DNA of 64,000 nucleotides, from assembly GCA_016209705.1 (NCBI GenBank), contig JACQVR010000037.1, forward strand, positions 25,080 through 89,079. The letters run 5' to 3'. The DNA comes from Planctomycetota bacterium (lineage in GTDB: Bacteria > Planctomycetota > MHYJ01 > JACPRB01). Both the position numbers and the translations under genes were made by a program. This document shows positions 16,864 through 27,464 of this stretch, one piece after another. Under the pieces are notes generated by a model. That model was not told the DNA's origin. It did no database searches and worked only from the letters and a program-made list of their open reading frames with translations. Every line of letters begins with the position of its first letter. The stretch's first letter is position 1.

Positions 16864-18663
16864 CTACTTCGGATCTTCGAAGCCCTCGGGTGGCGGCGGG
16901 GGCGGAGTATCCGGGGCGTCCTCGCCGAACGGCGGAGGCGGCGGCTTTTCCTGCTCCTTCGGAGGCGGCTTCTCGGGCTGTTTTTCCTGTTCCTTCGGGC
17001 GTTCCCGCTTGGCCCAGTCGCCTTTGCCGAGCTCGATCTCCTGCATCTTTTTGCGCAGCTCGACGGCGAACGCGCCGCCTTCCTCGATCACTTCGCGCAA
17101 GGGGCCGTTGGAGGGGTACATCTTGAACGCGTGGATCTCGCGGTCCAGCTCCTTGCGCCCGTTGACGCAGGCCCGGGCGAAGGATTTGACGGACGGGTCG
17201 GTCTCCGACAAGGCGTAGACGATGGTGTCCGCCAGAAGCTGATACATGCGCGACGCGGCGCGGGATTCGGGTTCCCGTCCCGCTCGCGCCTCGGTCAGGA
17301 GCTCCTCCTGCAAGCGCTGAACGATGTAGAAAGCGTTCCGCGTCCGTTCCTCGACATCCTTGGCGTCCAGCAGGACGAGAATTTCCCGGGCGGCCCGCAC
17401 CGCGCCGTACTTGGGCCGCGAGCGGAGCGAATGACGGCTCGGGCGGTACGAACGGGCCAAGTTGCACGCGGTCACGGCGGGCTCGAGGAGGTTTTTCATC
17501 GCGGGAGGGAATCCCTCGAGGATCTGGGACTGGCGCTTCAGTTCGATTTCGGCCTCCGCGGTGCGGTCGTTGCTTTCTTTCAACCGCCGCATCAAGGGAA
17601 CCACGCCCTCTCCGATCAGCGCGGCGTAGGCGTCGATCACCTCCGCGGCCGCCCCGCTCTGTTTGGTTTCGAACAGCGGCTGCGCCTCCGCCAGGCGCGC
17701 GCGCGCGGCGGCCAGTACGCTGAGCGCCTGCTCCACCGATTCCTTTCCGACGACCGGGGCGCCCTTGTCCTGGGTGCGAGGAACGAGGACCGCGACCTGC
17801 TCCTCCGTCAGCTTGAAAGGGTAAAGCGGTTCGCCGGGGAGAGCCTTGGCCGTCGCGGCCTTGGCCTCCGGGGCCGGGGGGGGAGACGGAGGAGGATCGG
17901 GAGCCGGCGTCGGAGTCGGAGGCGGCTCCTCCGCGGTCTCCGGTTTCTTGGCGATCGGATCTTCCTTTTCGGGCTTGGGGGGCGGAGCCTCGGCGACCTT
18001 CTTGTCTTCCGCGGGCGGGGGTTCGGGCTCCGGTTTCGGCGGTTTCTGGGGCGGAGGTTCCCGGTCCTTTTCCGCCAGCGCGGAATCCGCGTCAGGCTTC
18101 GCCGGCGGGCGATCTTTCTTTTCGTCATCGCGGACCGGCGGTTTCGGCGGCTCGACCGTCGGCTCCTGTCGGGCAATTTCCGGATCCTGAGCCGGCGGCG
18201 CCGGCGTCTTGGGTTTGGGCTTCTCTTCCGGCGCTGGATCGCGCGCGATTTCGGGAGGCTGCTCCGGCGGCTTGGGCGGAACGCGCGTGTCGGCGACCGG
18301 CGTATCCGGTGGCAGAGAAGGCGGAGATTTCAGGAGGCCGGCGAGCGCCAGGAGCAGCGCGGCGGCGGCCACGGAACCTATGGAAAAGCGCAAGAATCGT
18401 TCATAGGCCGCGGGGCGTTCCGTCGGCACCGGTGCGAGGACGATCTGGTCCAGGATCGTTCTGCGCTGCCACTCCCAGAAAGACTCGGGTCGGTCGGCGA
18501 CGTCCGTTTCGCGGAAGTGGCGATCGATTGCCTGATGACTTTGCCACGCATCCAGGCACGCCGTGCAGCGCCCCAGATGGGACTGGATGGCCGCCGTCGC
18601 CTTCGCATCGAGGGCCTGCTCGATGAGGGCGGGCATCAGGTCCAGAGCTTTACCGCAGTTCAT
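16864..18663 (-). CDS. Anti-sigma factor (zf-HC2) with TM helix, Pro/Glu/Lys-rich linker and large C-terminal domain
   Basis: SHLGRCTACLDAWQSHQ zf-HC2 motif, TM segment IGSVAAAALLLALAGLL and a long PEPK-rich region. ATGA overlap with the ECF sigma gene. Confidence 0.7.
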   Translation of the reverse strand: MNCGKALDLMPALIEQALDAKATAAIQSHLGRCTACLDAWQSHQAIDRHFRETDVADRPESFWEWQRRTILDQIVLAPVPTERPAAYERFLRFSIGSVAAAALLLALAGLLKSPPSLPPDTPVADTRVPPKPPEQPPEIARDPAPEEKPKPKTPAPPAQDPEIARQEPTVEPPKPPVRDDEKKDRPPAKPDADSALAEKDREPPPQKPPKPEPEPPPAEDKKVAEAPPPKPEKEDPIAKKPETAEEPPPTPTPAPDPPPSPPPAPEAKAATAKALPGEPLYPFKLTEEQVAVLVPRTQDKGAPVVGKESVEQALSVLAAARARLAEAQPLFETKQSGAAAEVIDAYAALIGEGVVPLMRRLKESNDRTAEAEIELKRQSQILEGFPPAMKNLLEPAVTACNLARSYRPSRHSLRSRPKYGAVRAAREILVLLDAKDVEERTRNAFYIVQRLQEELLTEARAGREPESRAASRMYQLLADTIVYALSETDPSVKSFARACVNGRKELDREIHAFKMYPSNGPLREVIEEGGAFAVELRKKMQEIELGKGDWAKRERPKEQEKQPEKPPPKEQEKPPPPPFGEDAPDTPPPPPPEGFEDPK

Positions 18664-19214
18664 ACGTCCCGCAATAATTGTACGAGTTTCTTCCGAGCCA
18701 GGAACAGTCGCGACGTTACGGTGGCCGGCGGGACGCCGACGATCTTGGCGATCTGCTCGTGCGTCAGGTCTTCCCGCAGCCGCAAGTGCAGCACCACGCG
18801 CTGTTCTTCGGGCAATTTCTCGATCGCTCGTTCGATGCGGTGCCGCGCCTCTTCCGACATCAGGTCCGCGCCCGGATGGGTGTGGTCCGCGGTCTGGGTC
18901 AGGGCGGCCGCCTTCACGGCGATCGATTTCTGCCGCTTCGCCTGCTTCCGGACGTTCAGGGAGGTGTTCGTCGCGATCGCGTAGAGCCAGGACTTGAATT
19001 CCGTCCCCGGCACGTACGACCCCAACCCCCGGAACATCCTCATAAAGATCGATTGCACCAAGTCGTCCGCGTCCGCATGGTTGTGGACGATCCGGTACGC
19101 GATGCTATACACGAGCTTCTGGTACCGCTCCACCAGGACGTTCGCGGCCAGCCGGTCTCCCTTGAGGATCCTGGCGATCAGCTCGTTGTCATCGGGGCCC
19201 ACCGGTTCCATCAT
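18660..19214 (-). CDS. ECF-type RNA polymerase sigma-70 factor
   Basis: 184 aa. Region 2 (LVERYQKLVYSIAYRIVHNHADADDLVQSIFMRMF) and region 4 HTH (LTHEQIAKIVGVPPATVTSRLFLARKKL). Confidence 0.85.
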   Translation of the reverse strand: MMEPVGPDDNELIARILKGDRLAANVLVERYQKLVYSIAYRIVHNHADADDLVQSIFMRMFRGLGSYVPGTEFKSWLYAIATNTSLNVRKQAKRQKSIAVKAAALTQTADHTHPGADLMSEEARHRIERAIEKLPEEQRVVLHLRLREDLTHEQIAKIVGVPPATVTSRLFLARKKLVQLLRDV

Positions 19215-19283
19215 AGATTACCACGCAGGAGGCCAAGCTATTTAAATAAGATATATATTAAGTGTCACCCAACATGCTTATTT

Positions 19284-20114
19284 TCAAGGGGCTGCATCAT
19301 TCTGTCTGTTGGGCTGGGAGCTCGGAGCTGGGAGCTTGGGGCTTGAAGCGAGGAATGGCGGGTTTGGCCCCGGACTCCGAGCCATGAGCTCCGAGCTTTC
19401 CGGGCGTGTCCCAACGTGGATGCCGGCCACGCCCAGGCTCAAAGGTTGGAATGAGACGCGGGTCAGGCCCGAAGACCGCATGATTTCCAGCAAGCGTTGC
19501 GGAGGCGTCCAGGAGGCGACGGAGAGGGGCAGATAGCGATAAGCGCCTCGGCGGGAGGGAGCCAGCATTTCTCCCAGCAGGGGAAGGATCCGATTGAAGT
19601 AGAAGAGGTAGCCGTTTCGAACCCAGGGGCGGAGCGGCAGGGTGAATTCCAGGACCACCACCCGTCCTCCGGGCCGCACCACGCGCGCCATTTCTCGGAC
19701 GGCCGTTTCAGGATCGGCCACGTTGCGGAGTCCGAACGCGACGGCGCAGGCATCGAACGCCGCCTCTCGAAAGGGAAGCTTCAGCGCATCGGCTCGCAGG
19801 AATTGGGCGGATCGGATCCGCTTCCGCCGCGCCTTGGTCGCGCCGATGTCGAGCATGCGGCCCGCGAAATCGGTCACGACCACATCGCAACCCCAGCGGC
19901 GCTGAAGCTGGAGTCCGAGGTCGCCCGTGCCGGCGCAGATGTCCAGCATCCGGCGCGGCTTGAATCCCGCGGCGGCGCAAAGCTCCGCGGCCCTCCGGCG
20001 CCACAGGACGTCCGTGTTGAAGCTGAGCAGGTGATTGAGAAAATCGTACCGCGGCGAGATGATGTCGAACATCTCACGGATGCGGCGCGGAGTCTTGTCT
20101 AGGCTGGGGGACAT
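19284..20114 (-). CDS. ubiE: Demethylmenaquinone/ubiquinone methyltransferase UbiE/MenG, with repeat-encoded C-terminal tail
   Basis: YDFLNHLLSFNTDVLWRR, SAM motif LDICAGTGDL and RVVRPGGRVVVLEF. The last ~38 aa (ESSELMARSPGPNPPFLASSPKLPAPSS...) are translated from the stutter hairpin. Confidence 0.85.
   Translation of the reverse strand: MSPSLDKTPRRIREMFDIISPRYDFLNHLLSFNTDVLWRRRAAELCAAAGFKPRRMLDICAGTGDLGLQLQRRWGCDVVVTDFAGRMLDIGATKARRKRIRSAQFLRADALKLPFREAAFDACAVAFGLRNVADPETAVREMARVVRPGGRVVVLEFTLPLRPWVRNGYLFYFNRILPLLGEMLAPSRRGAYRYLPLSVASWTPPQRLLEIMRSSGLTRVSFQPLSLGVAGIHVGTRPESSELMARSPGPNPPFLASSPKLPAPSSQPNRQNDAAP
19311..19401. repeat. GGGAGCT/CGGAGCT-stutter hairpin
   Basis: The left arm gggctgggagctcggagctgggagcttggggcttgaagc pairs with the right arm ccggactccgagccatgagctccgagctttcc. 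Confidence 0.6.
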
Positions 20115-20117
20115 CGT

Positions 20118-20196
20118 CAGCTCGCAGCTTGTAGCTCGTAGCTTGTAGCAGTTGTGGCCTTCCGGCTACAAGCTACCCGCTACGAGCTACAAGCTC
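20118..20196. repeat. CAAGCT/ACGAGCT-family stutter hairpin
   Basis: The left arm cagctcgcagcttgtagctcgtagcttgtagc pairs with the right arm gctacaagctacccgctacgagctacaagctc. It spans exactly from the ubiE start region to the stop of the next gene. Confidence 0.75.
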
Positions 20197-21493
20197 ACCT
20201 TCCATACCACGCCGGATCGCCGCTGGCGCCGTCGTTCGTCAGCGGGCGCTTCGCGCCGGACGCGACGGACACCACATGGAGGTCCCGCCGTCCTTCCGGC
20301 GTGGCGATCTCGACGACGATCGATTCTCCGTCGGGGGCGAAGTCGAGGGCGCGAATGGATCCTTCGTGGGGCGCGAGCGCCAAGACGGCCTGATCCGAAC
20401 CGCCGGAGCGGCGCAGGGTAAGCGTTTGCGCCAGCCGCTCGTCGAGCCGCACGAAGGCGAGCGACCCGGCGGGTCCCAGCGCCGATACGGCGGGAACGGC
20501 GAATCCCAAGTCGGCGTTCTCGACGGCTCGCCGCGTCGAAAGGTCGAACCAGGAGGCGCGACCCCCGCGAAACCGGAGCAGAAGGCGTTCCTTTTCCAGA
20601 TCGACGTGCGGGCCGCCTTCCGGCGGTCGCTGCGGATCGTGGTAGAAAGGCTCGAGGTTCGTTCCGTCGATCGCGATCCGGCGTACGGTCAACCGGGGAT
20701 CCGATGTCGCCGCCCACGACGCCAGCGTGAAGTAGAGATGGCGGCCGCCCGGCGCCCAAACCGGATGGAGGGCTTGGTCTTCGGCTCCGCCGACGGTCAG
20801 AAGGATCTCTCCCAGGTCGACCACCTCGTTCATTTTCAGCGCATGCATCGTGGATCCCGAATACCGTACGCCGCCGTAGGTTCCGCTGATTTTGATCCAC
20901 GCCGTGGTAGCGGGGATGGAAATCTCGAACCGGCCCCCTTTGCCGGTTTTCTCCGTGCGGTCCGACCCGTAGGCGGCGATCGTGAATCCTTCCATGCCGA
21001 GCTTGCCCTTGGGCAGGAGCGCCACGGCGTAGCCGCGCGCCCGCGCGACGGGCCCCGAATCGAATACCTCACCGGAGCGCGGCATCGGCGTGACTTGTTT
21101 CAAGTCGCTCCCGTTCGGCCGCGCGATGAACACGTTCTTGAGGTACAGATTGCGATCCGCCTTCGCGGAGGACGAAAACGCGATCCAGGCGCGGTTCGGC
21201 GACCAGGCCGGGTGGCCCAACCACGAGGAATCGGCTCCGGCGACGAGCTCGCGCGCGTCGGTGCCGTCGGGCCGGATGGTCCAGAGCGCCCGTTCGTGCC
21301 GCACGAAGGCGATGCGCGCCTCCGGATCGAAGGTTCGGCTTTTCTGGCGCGGATCCATGCCGGGCTCCAGGGCGGGGCCGAGCGCGGGATGCATGGGGCG
21401 CGCTTGGGCGGGGAGCGTGTTCGCCGGCTCGTCTTCGCGGCCGCATCCGGCGGTAAGCGCCGTCAGAAGGATCAGACCCGCGACGTGCTTCAT
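20195..21493 (-). CDS. Periplasmic beta-propeller lipoprotein, TolB/PD40-like
   Basis: Start MKHVAGLILLTALTAGCG (lipobox). PD40-like strings HPAWSPNRAWIAFSS, HPVWAPGGRHLYF and FAPDGESIVVE. Confidence 0.65.
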   Translation of the reverse strand: MKHVAGLILLTALTAGCGREDEPANTLPAQARPMHPALGPALEPGMDPRQKSRTFDPEARIAFVRHERALWTIRPDGTDARELVAGADSSWLGHPAWSPNRAWIAFSSSAKADRNLYLKNVFIARPNGSDLKQVTPMPRSGEVFDSGPVARARGYAVALLPKGKLGMEGFTIAAYGSDRTEKTGKGGRFEISIPATTAWIKISGTYGGVRYSGSTMHALKMNEVVDLGEILLTVGGAEDQALHPVWAPGGRHLYFTLASWAATSDPRLTVRRIAIDGTNLEPFYHDPQRPPEGGPHVDLEKERLLLRFRGGRASWFDLSTRRAVENADLGFAVPAVSALGPAGSLAFVRLDERLAQTLTLRRSGGSDQAVLALAPHEGSIRALDFAPDGESIVVEIATPEGRRDLHVVSVASGAKRPLTNDGASGDPAWYGR

Positions 21494-21546
21494 GGAATGG
21501 CTGATATCAAGACGCAAGCGGCCGATGCTTCCTTGAAACCGCGAAA

Positions 21547-21607
21547 GCGGCCAAACAGCCAAAAAGAGCGCCGGAAGAGGTATGCGATGGCGCTTTGGCG
21601 GTTTGGC
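21547..21607. repeat. CCAAAGCGCC-family hairpin element
   Basis: gcggccaaacagccaaaaagagcgcc pairs with ggcgctttggcggtttggc. It lies in the gap between the HEAT-protein stop and the TolB-like start. Confidence 0.65.
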
Positions 21608-21613
21608 AGTTTC

Positions 21614-23806
21614 CTACTTGACCTGCTCTTTCCACCAAGCGCGGTACTTCGCGATTTCCGGCTGCCGGAGGTGAGGCGAACCGAAGATCCAGTCGCAGAA
21701 ATGGTCCTGTTGGGAAAGCTTTCGCGCGGCGAGATAGGCGCAGAATCGCACCCATCCATCGTCGGGGTCGTCCAGCGCGTTCAGCACCGCCTCGATTCCC
21801 TCGTTGGTCCGAAGCGCGCCCATGGCGAGCACCGCTTCGGCCCGCCCGCGATCCGCCTTGCTGCGATAGACCTTCAGCAACGCGGGCATGCCGGCCGGAT
21901 CGCCCAGCCGTCCAAGCTCGATCGCCGCCACCTCGAGCAGGGGAGGATGGATCTGGACCTTCGCCTTGGTGATGTCGGGCTCGTTGTTGTCGTCCCGATA
22001 CGCCCACGCCTTTCGCTCCAGCGCCAGGTCCACGATCCACGAGAGCTGTTCGACCTTGTTTCCGTTTCCCTTGGGGAGCTCGCCGAGAAGTTGCATCGCC
22101 ATGCCGACCACGTACGCGCCGCCCGCGTCGGCCTGCGACCGGTACGCGCCGATGATCCGAAAGGCGACCTCGCGGAACGTCTTTTCATCGTGATCCGCCA
22201 GGATCCTCAAGGCCAGGCCCCGGACCGCCGGATGGCCACTGTAGGAAAGCTGGGAAAGAAATTCCGTTTCCGGAAACAGTTCGCCCAGCCGGATGAGCGC
22301 GTGCTGCTGGAGACCGGATCCGTACTTGGGATGAAAGACCGATTTCAGCGCCGGCACTCCGTCTTTCCCCAGGCGAGCGACCGCGTCGATGGCCAGGAAC
22401 CAGTTGGGCGTGTGGAACGAATCGAGGATCTTCTGCTCGAATCGCTTGAGGAGCGCCCGGGACGACGCCGGCTCGCCGGCGACGGCGCGGCCCAGAAAGC
22501 ACATCTCCTCCAGGATCTTCAGCTTGGTTCCGGGCGGGTCCTCCTTGGGCGGCTTCAAGGGTTCGTCGGTGATCTTGTCCGGCGCCGAGTCGTCCTTGTA
22601 ATTCAGCGGGGGAAGGGACGGTATGCGCTTCTGAAGCACCATGAAGATGCCGAGCTCCTGGGCGGTGGCCAGGCGCGCGATCGCGGGGATCAGGGACCAC
22701 AGATAGTCGCGGTCATTGGAGCGTTTCGCCGCGGCGACAAGGTCGGGCAGAACGATGGGGTCGCCGATCATGCCCAGGGAGTAGGCGCAGACGGCGCGGT
22801 GGACTTCGTCGCTCGATCCCAGTCCCGCTTTGAAGAGGGACACGGAGCCCCGATCCCTCCGCCGGACCAGTCCCGAGGCGGCGCGGTATTTCATGACCGC
22901 GTCCGGCGAGCTCTTGAAAATCTTGCGCAACTGCTCGGCGGCATCGGGCAGCCGGAAATTCGCCAGCACGGAGACGGCGTTACGCGCCAGGAAGCGGTGA
23001 TCGCTCTTGACGGCCTCGAGGACCGCCCGGTATCCGTCGTCGCCCAGCGTGAGGGTGCGCCGGCCGAACGTGGGATCGAGCGAGTGCGGGAATCCGCTGG
23101 TCAGCTCGATGGTGACCATGCGGTTGATCACCGTGTCCAGCGGTGTGGGTCCGCCTTTGATGGGCGGCACTCGATTGGCCTCGAGGGGCGAGATGAGCTT
23201 CTTGACGCGGTGGCCGACCGGCCCGCGCACGTTGGCGGCGGCGACGAGCGTAGGTTCCCCCACTTCGCACAGATACGCGACGGTCTCCGGCACGCTGATG
23301 GATTCAGGGTGGAGGATGGCGCGCAGGCATCCGGCGGCGCCGGTCCACAAGGTCTCGGTCGTGTACGCGGGCGGGTAAACCCAACGGACGCCCGATTTGG
23401 CGCCCGTTCCGGTGCCTACGTCTTCGTTCTTCTTCTCGCCCGCCGGGGGCGTTTCGATCTGGATGTGGCTGGCGATGTCGATGGTGGTGATGCCGAAGTA
23501 GTCGTAAAGGTTGGTCACGCCGTAGGTCATGGGTTCCGGCGCCCGTTCGACCGTGGTCTTCATGTCGCGGGGCGGCGCGTCCTGCGGGCCGCCGTCTTCC
23601 CCGGGCGGTTTGTTGACCGTGGGCACACCCATCCGGCCTCCCGTGGGGACGGGGCGGTGGAGGTCCTTGTTCCACTCGAGGGGCGTGCCGGGGGGGACGC
23701 CGACGTCGATGTCCGGAAGCGCCGGGCCCCGCGTCGAGGTCCCGGTGTCGTCCACCCAGCCGAGAAGAACCGTGGCGCCGACTGCAAGCAGAAGGAGCGT
23801 CTTCAT
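21614..23806 (-). CDS. HEAT/armadillo-like repeat secreted protein
   Basis: 730 aa. Signal peptide MKTLLLLAVGATVLLG and repeated helical units (AVSVLANFRLPDAAEQLRKIF, CAYSLGMIGDPIVLPDLVAAAK, AVLAMGALRTNEGIEAVLNALDD). Confidence 0.6.
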   Translation of the reverse strand: MKTLLLLAVGATVLLGWVDDTGTSTRGPALPDIDVGVPPGTPLEWNKDLHRPVPTGGRMGVPTVNKPPGEDGGPQDAPPRDMKTTVERAPEPMTYGVTNLYDYFGITTIDIASHIQIETPPAGEKKNEDVGTGTGAKSGVRWVYPPAYTTETLWTGAAGCLRAILHPESISVPETVAYLCEVGEPTLVAAANVRGPVGHRVKKLISPLEANRVPPIKGGPTPLDTVINRMVTIELTSGFPHSLDPTFGRRTLTLGDDGYRAVLEAVKSDHRFLARNAVSVLANFRLPDAAEQLRKIFKSSPDAVMKYRAASGLVRRRDRGSVSLFKAGLGSSDEVHRAVCAYSLGMIGDPIVLPDLVAAAKRSNDRDYLWSLIPAIARLATAQELGIFMVLQKRIPSLPPLNYKDDSAPDKITDEPLKPPKEDPPGTKLKILEEMCFLGRAVAGEPASSRALLKRFEQKILDSFHTPNWFLAIDAVARLGKDGVPALKSVFHPKYGSGLQQHALIRLGELFPETEFLSQLSYSGHPAVRGLALRILADHDEKTFREVAFRIIGAYRSQADAGGAYVVGMAMQLLGELPKGNGNKVEQLSWIVDLALERKAWAYRDDNNEPDITKAKVQIHPPLLEVAAIELGRLGDPAGMPALLKVYRSKADRGRAEAVLAMGALRTNEGIEAVLNALDDPDDGWVRFCAYLAARKLSQQDHFCDWIFGSPHLRQPEIAKYRAWWKEQVK

Positions 23807-23871
23807 GAGCGATCTCTGAAACGTGCCTTTTCAGATAAGACACCGGCTGCGCCGGATCCACCCCGAGGGCG

Positions 23872-25182
<1,311 letters not shown>

Positions 25183-25210
25183 GATCTCGCCTCGGAACCT
25201 CCGCAAAGAC

Positions 25211-25291
25211 AGGAGTCAGAAGCCAGGAGCCGGAATATGGAGTCCGCGAAACGCGTTTCTTTCCCTTTCTGGCTCCAGTCTTCTGGCTTCC
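25211..25291. repeat. CAGAAGCC-family stutter hairpin
   Basis: aggagtcagaagccaggagccgg pairs with ctggctccagtcttctggcttcc. The loop contains gcgaaacgc, which is shared with the 37028-37088 copy. Confidence 0.7.
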
Positions 25292-25339
25292 AATTAACTA
25301 TAACACACTTCGGGGGTCAAAGGTCTTTCGATCGACGGC

Positions 25340-25987
25340 TCATCGATCCTCGCGCGCCGCCATGTCTCCGCCTCCCTCGGGCTTGCCTTCGGTCTGGATG
25401 GATTTGAGCGTGTCCACGACCTCGTCCACGAGCCCGTAGGCCTTGGCCTCGTCGGCGGACATGAACCGGTCGCGGTCGGAATCCTTCTCGATGCGGGACA
25501 CCGGCTGTCCGGTATGCTTGGAGAGGATTTCGTTGAGCCGTTTCTTCATGCTGATGATTTCTTCCGCATGGATCTTGATGTCGGCCGCGGTCCCCTGGGC
25601 GCCGCCCCAGGGTTGATGGAGCATGACCCGCGAGTTGGGCAGGGCGTAGCGTTTGCCCTTCGTGCCGGCGGCCAGGAGGATGGCGCCCATGCTCGAGGCC
25701 TGGCCGACGCAGTAGGTGGCGACGTCGCAATGGACGAACTGCATGGTGTCGTAGATGGCCAGTCCCGCCATGACGCTGCCGCCGGGGGAATTGATGTAGA
25801 CGTTGATGTCCTGGCTCTTGTTTTCCATCTGGAGGAACAGCATCTGGGCGATGACGAGGTTGGCGATGTAGTCGTCGATGGGGGTTCCGATGAAGACGAT
25901 GCGGTCCTTCAGCAGTCGCGACCAGATGTCGTACGCGCGCTCGCCGCGGCCGGTCTTTTCGATGACGATCGGCGTCAGATAGCCCAT
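25340..25987 (-). CDS. clpP: ATP-dependent Clp protease proteolytic subunit ClpP
   Basis: [35 protein letters not shown] and MLHQP catalytic-triad context. Confidence 0.92.
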   Translation of the reverse strand: MGYLTPIVIEKTGRGERAYDIWSRLLKDRIVFIGTPIDDYIANLVIAQMLFLQMENKSQDINVYINSPGGSVMAGLAIYDTMQFVHCDVATYCVGQASSMGAILLAAGTKGKRYALPNSRVMLHQPWGGAQGTAADIKIHAEEIISMKKRLNEILSKHTGQPVSRIEKDSDRDRFMSADEAKAYGLVDEVVDTLKSIQTEGKPEGGGDMAAREDR

Positions 25988-26000
25988 GAGGTTCCTCTGT

Positions 26001-26074
26001 CAGCTTGTAGCGGGTAGCTTGTAGTCCGAAACTACAAGCTTCATGCTACAAGCTACGAGCTACAAGCTACGAGC
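26001..26074. repeat. CAAGCT/ACGAGCT-family stutter hairpin
   Basis: cagcttgtagcgggtagcttgtagt pairs with actacaagcttcatgctacaagctacgagctacaagctacgagc. It lies between the tig stop and the clpP start. Confidence 0.75.
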
Positions 26075-26077
26075 TTT

Positions 26078-27397
26078 TCATTCCACCACCGCCTTCGACA
26101 AGAGGAACTCTTTGACCACCTCTTCCCTCATGTTGCGGCGCAGGGGAATCATCAGGTTCTCGTCCTCCAGCCACACGCGCATTTCGTGCGGATGGCGGCC
26201 GGCCTGGGTCGCGAGCTGCTGGATGCGCTCATCCACGTCGTCTTCGGTGACGAAGATCCGCTCTTTGCCGGCGATGTGCTCCAGCACGAAACGCTCGCGG
26301 AGGGCGCGGACCAGCGCGGCGCGGGACTCCTTCTCCTGCGCCTCCAGCGCCGCGCGGATCTCCTCCTCCGAAGCGCCGCCCAGGAGCATCCGGGCGCGCA
26401 ACCGCCGCGCCGCCTCTTCGGTGGAGGCGGTGATCAATCCCTCCGGGAGCGGGAAGTCGTTTTCGCGAAGGATCTGATCGAGGACTTCCTGGGCCTGCGC
26501 GGCCTGCGCGTCCCGCTCCTTCTCGCGGCTCAGCCGCTTCCGGATCTCCTCGCGCAGTTCGTCGATCGAATCCATGTCGAAGGTCTTGGCGAATTCCGGG
26601 GTCAGCTCCGCCGGCGTGCGGCGCTTGACGGACTTGATCGCCAGCGCGATCACGCCGCTCCGGCCGGCCAGAGCGGCTTCGCGGATTCCGGCGGGCACGG
26701 TCAGCGGGATTTCGATCGTCTCCCCGGACCGGTGCCCGACGAGCGACTTGTGGAACTCGGGCAAGGACGCGCCGTACATGGAGATTTGCTCATTCAGCGT
26801 CAAGGCCACGTTTTCGGACTTGTCCTTGACCTCGCCGTCCACGCGCAGTTCGAAATCGCCGATGAGCTGGTCGCCGGGCTCCGCGGGGCCGTTGAAGGGC
26901 GTCCATTCGGCATGCGCCTGGCGCAGCTCCTGGAGTTCCGCTTCCACGTCCGCGTCCGTGACCGTGGCCTCCACTTTCTTCACCTTGAGGCCGGCATAAT
27001 TTTTTACCTCGATGATCGGTTTGACTTCGATCGTGATTTCGTAGGTGAAGGGGGCGTTGTCCTGGAGCGTGATCTTCTCCGGGTCCAGGTCCGGTTCGCC
27101 GAGCGGCTCCAGATGGCGTTCTTCCTTGACCTCCTCGAAGGAGGAAGTGAGAAGTTCGAACTTGATCTCGGCCAGGATCTCTTTTCCGTACTTGCGCTCG
27201 AGGAGCGGCCGCGGAACGTGGCCCTTGCGGAACCCGGGAAGCTCGGTGGAGGCGGTGAGCTCCCGGTACTTCGACTCGATGCGCTCGTGGACCTTGTCGG
27301 CCCCGACCTCGACTTTGATGTTCAGCTTGCAGGGACCGACGTCGGCGATCTCCGACTTCGGCTCGAGCTTTTTCTTTTCCTCGGTCGCGGGGGCCAT
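26078..27397 (-). CDS. tig: Trigger factor
   Basis: 439 aa. GFRKGHVPRPLLERKYGKEI ribosome-binding signature region, central PPIase-like segment and synteny tig-clpP-clpX. Confidence 0.88.
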   Translation of the reverse strand: MAPATEEKKKLEPKSEIADVGPCKLNIKVEVGADKVHERIESKYRELTASTELPGFRKGHVPRPLLERKYGKEILAEIKFELLTSSFEEVKEERHLEPLGEPDLDPEKITLQDNAPFTYEITIEVKPIIEVKNYAGLKVKKVEATVTDADVEAELQELRQAHAEWTPFNGPAEPGDQLIGDFELRVDGEVKDKSENVALTLNEQISMYGASLPEFHKSLVGHRSGETIEIPLTVPAGIREAALAGRSGVIALAIKSVKRRTPAELTPEFAKTFDMDSIDELREEIRKRLSREKERDAQAAQAQEVLDQILRENDFPLPEGLITASTEEAARRLRARMLLGGASEEEIRAALEAQEKESRAALVRALRERFVLEHIAGKERIFVTEDDVDERIQQLATQAGRHPHEMRVWLEDENLMIPLRRNMREEVVKEFLLSKAVVE

Positions 27398-27464
27398 GCG
27401 TTCTCCTGAAGGGTCGGTATTCTAAAAGCGGCCGCAGGAATTCGCAACCTACACGATCGCGCCG

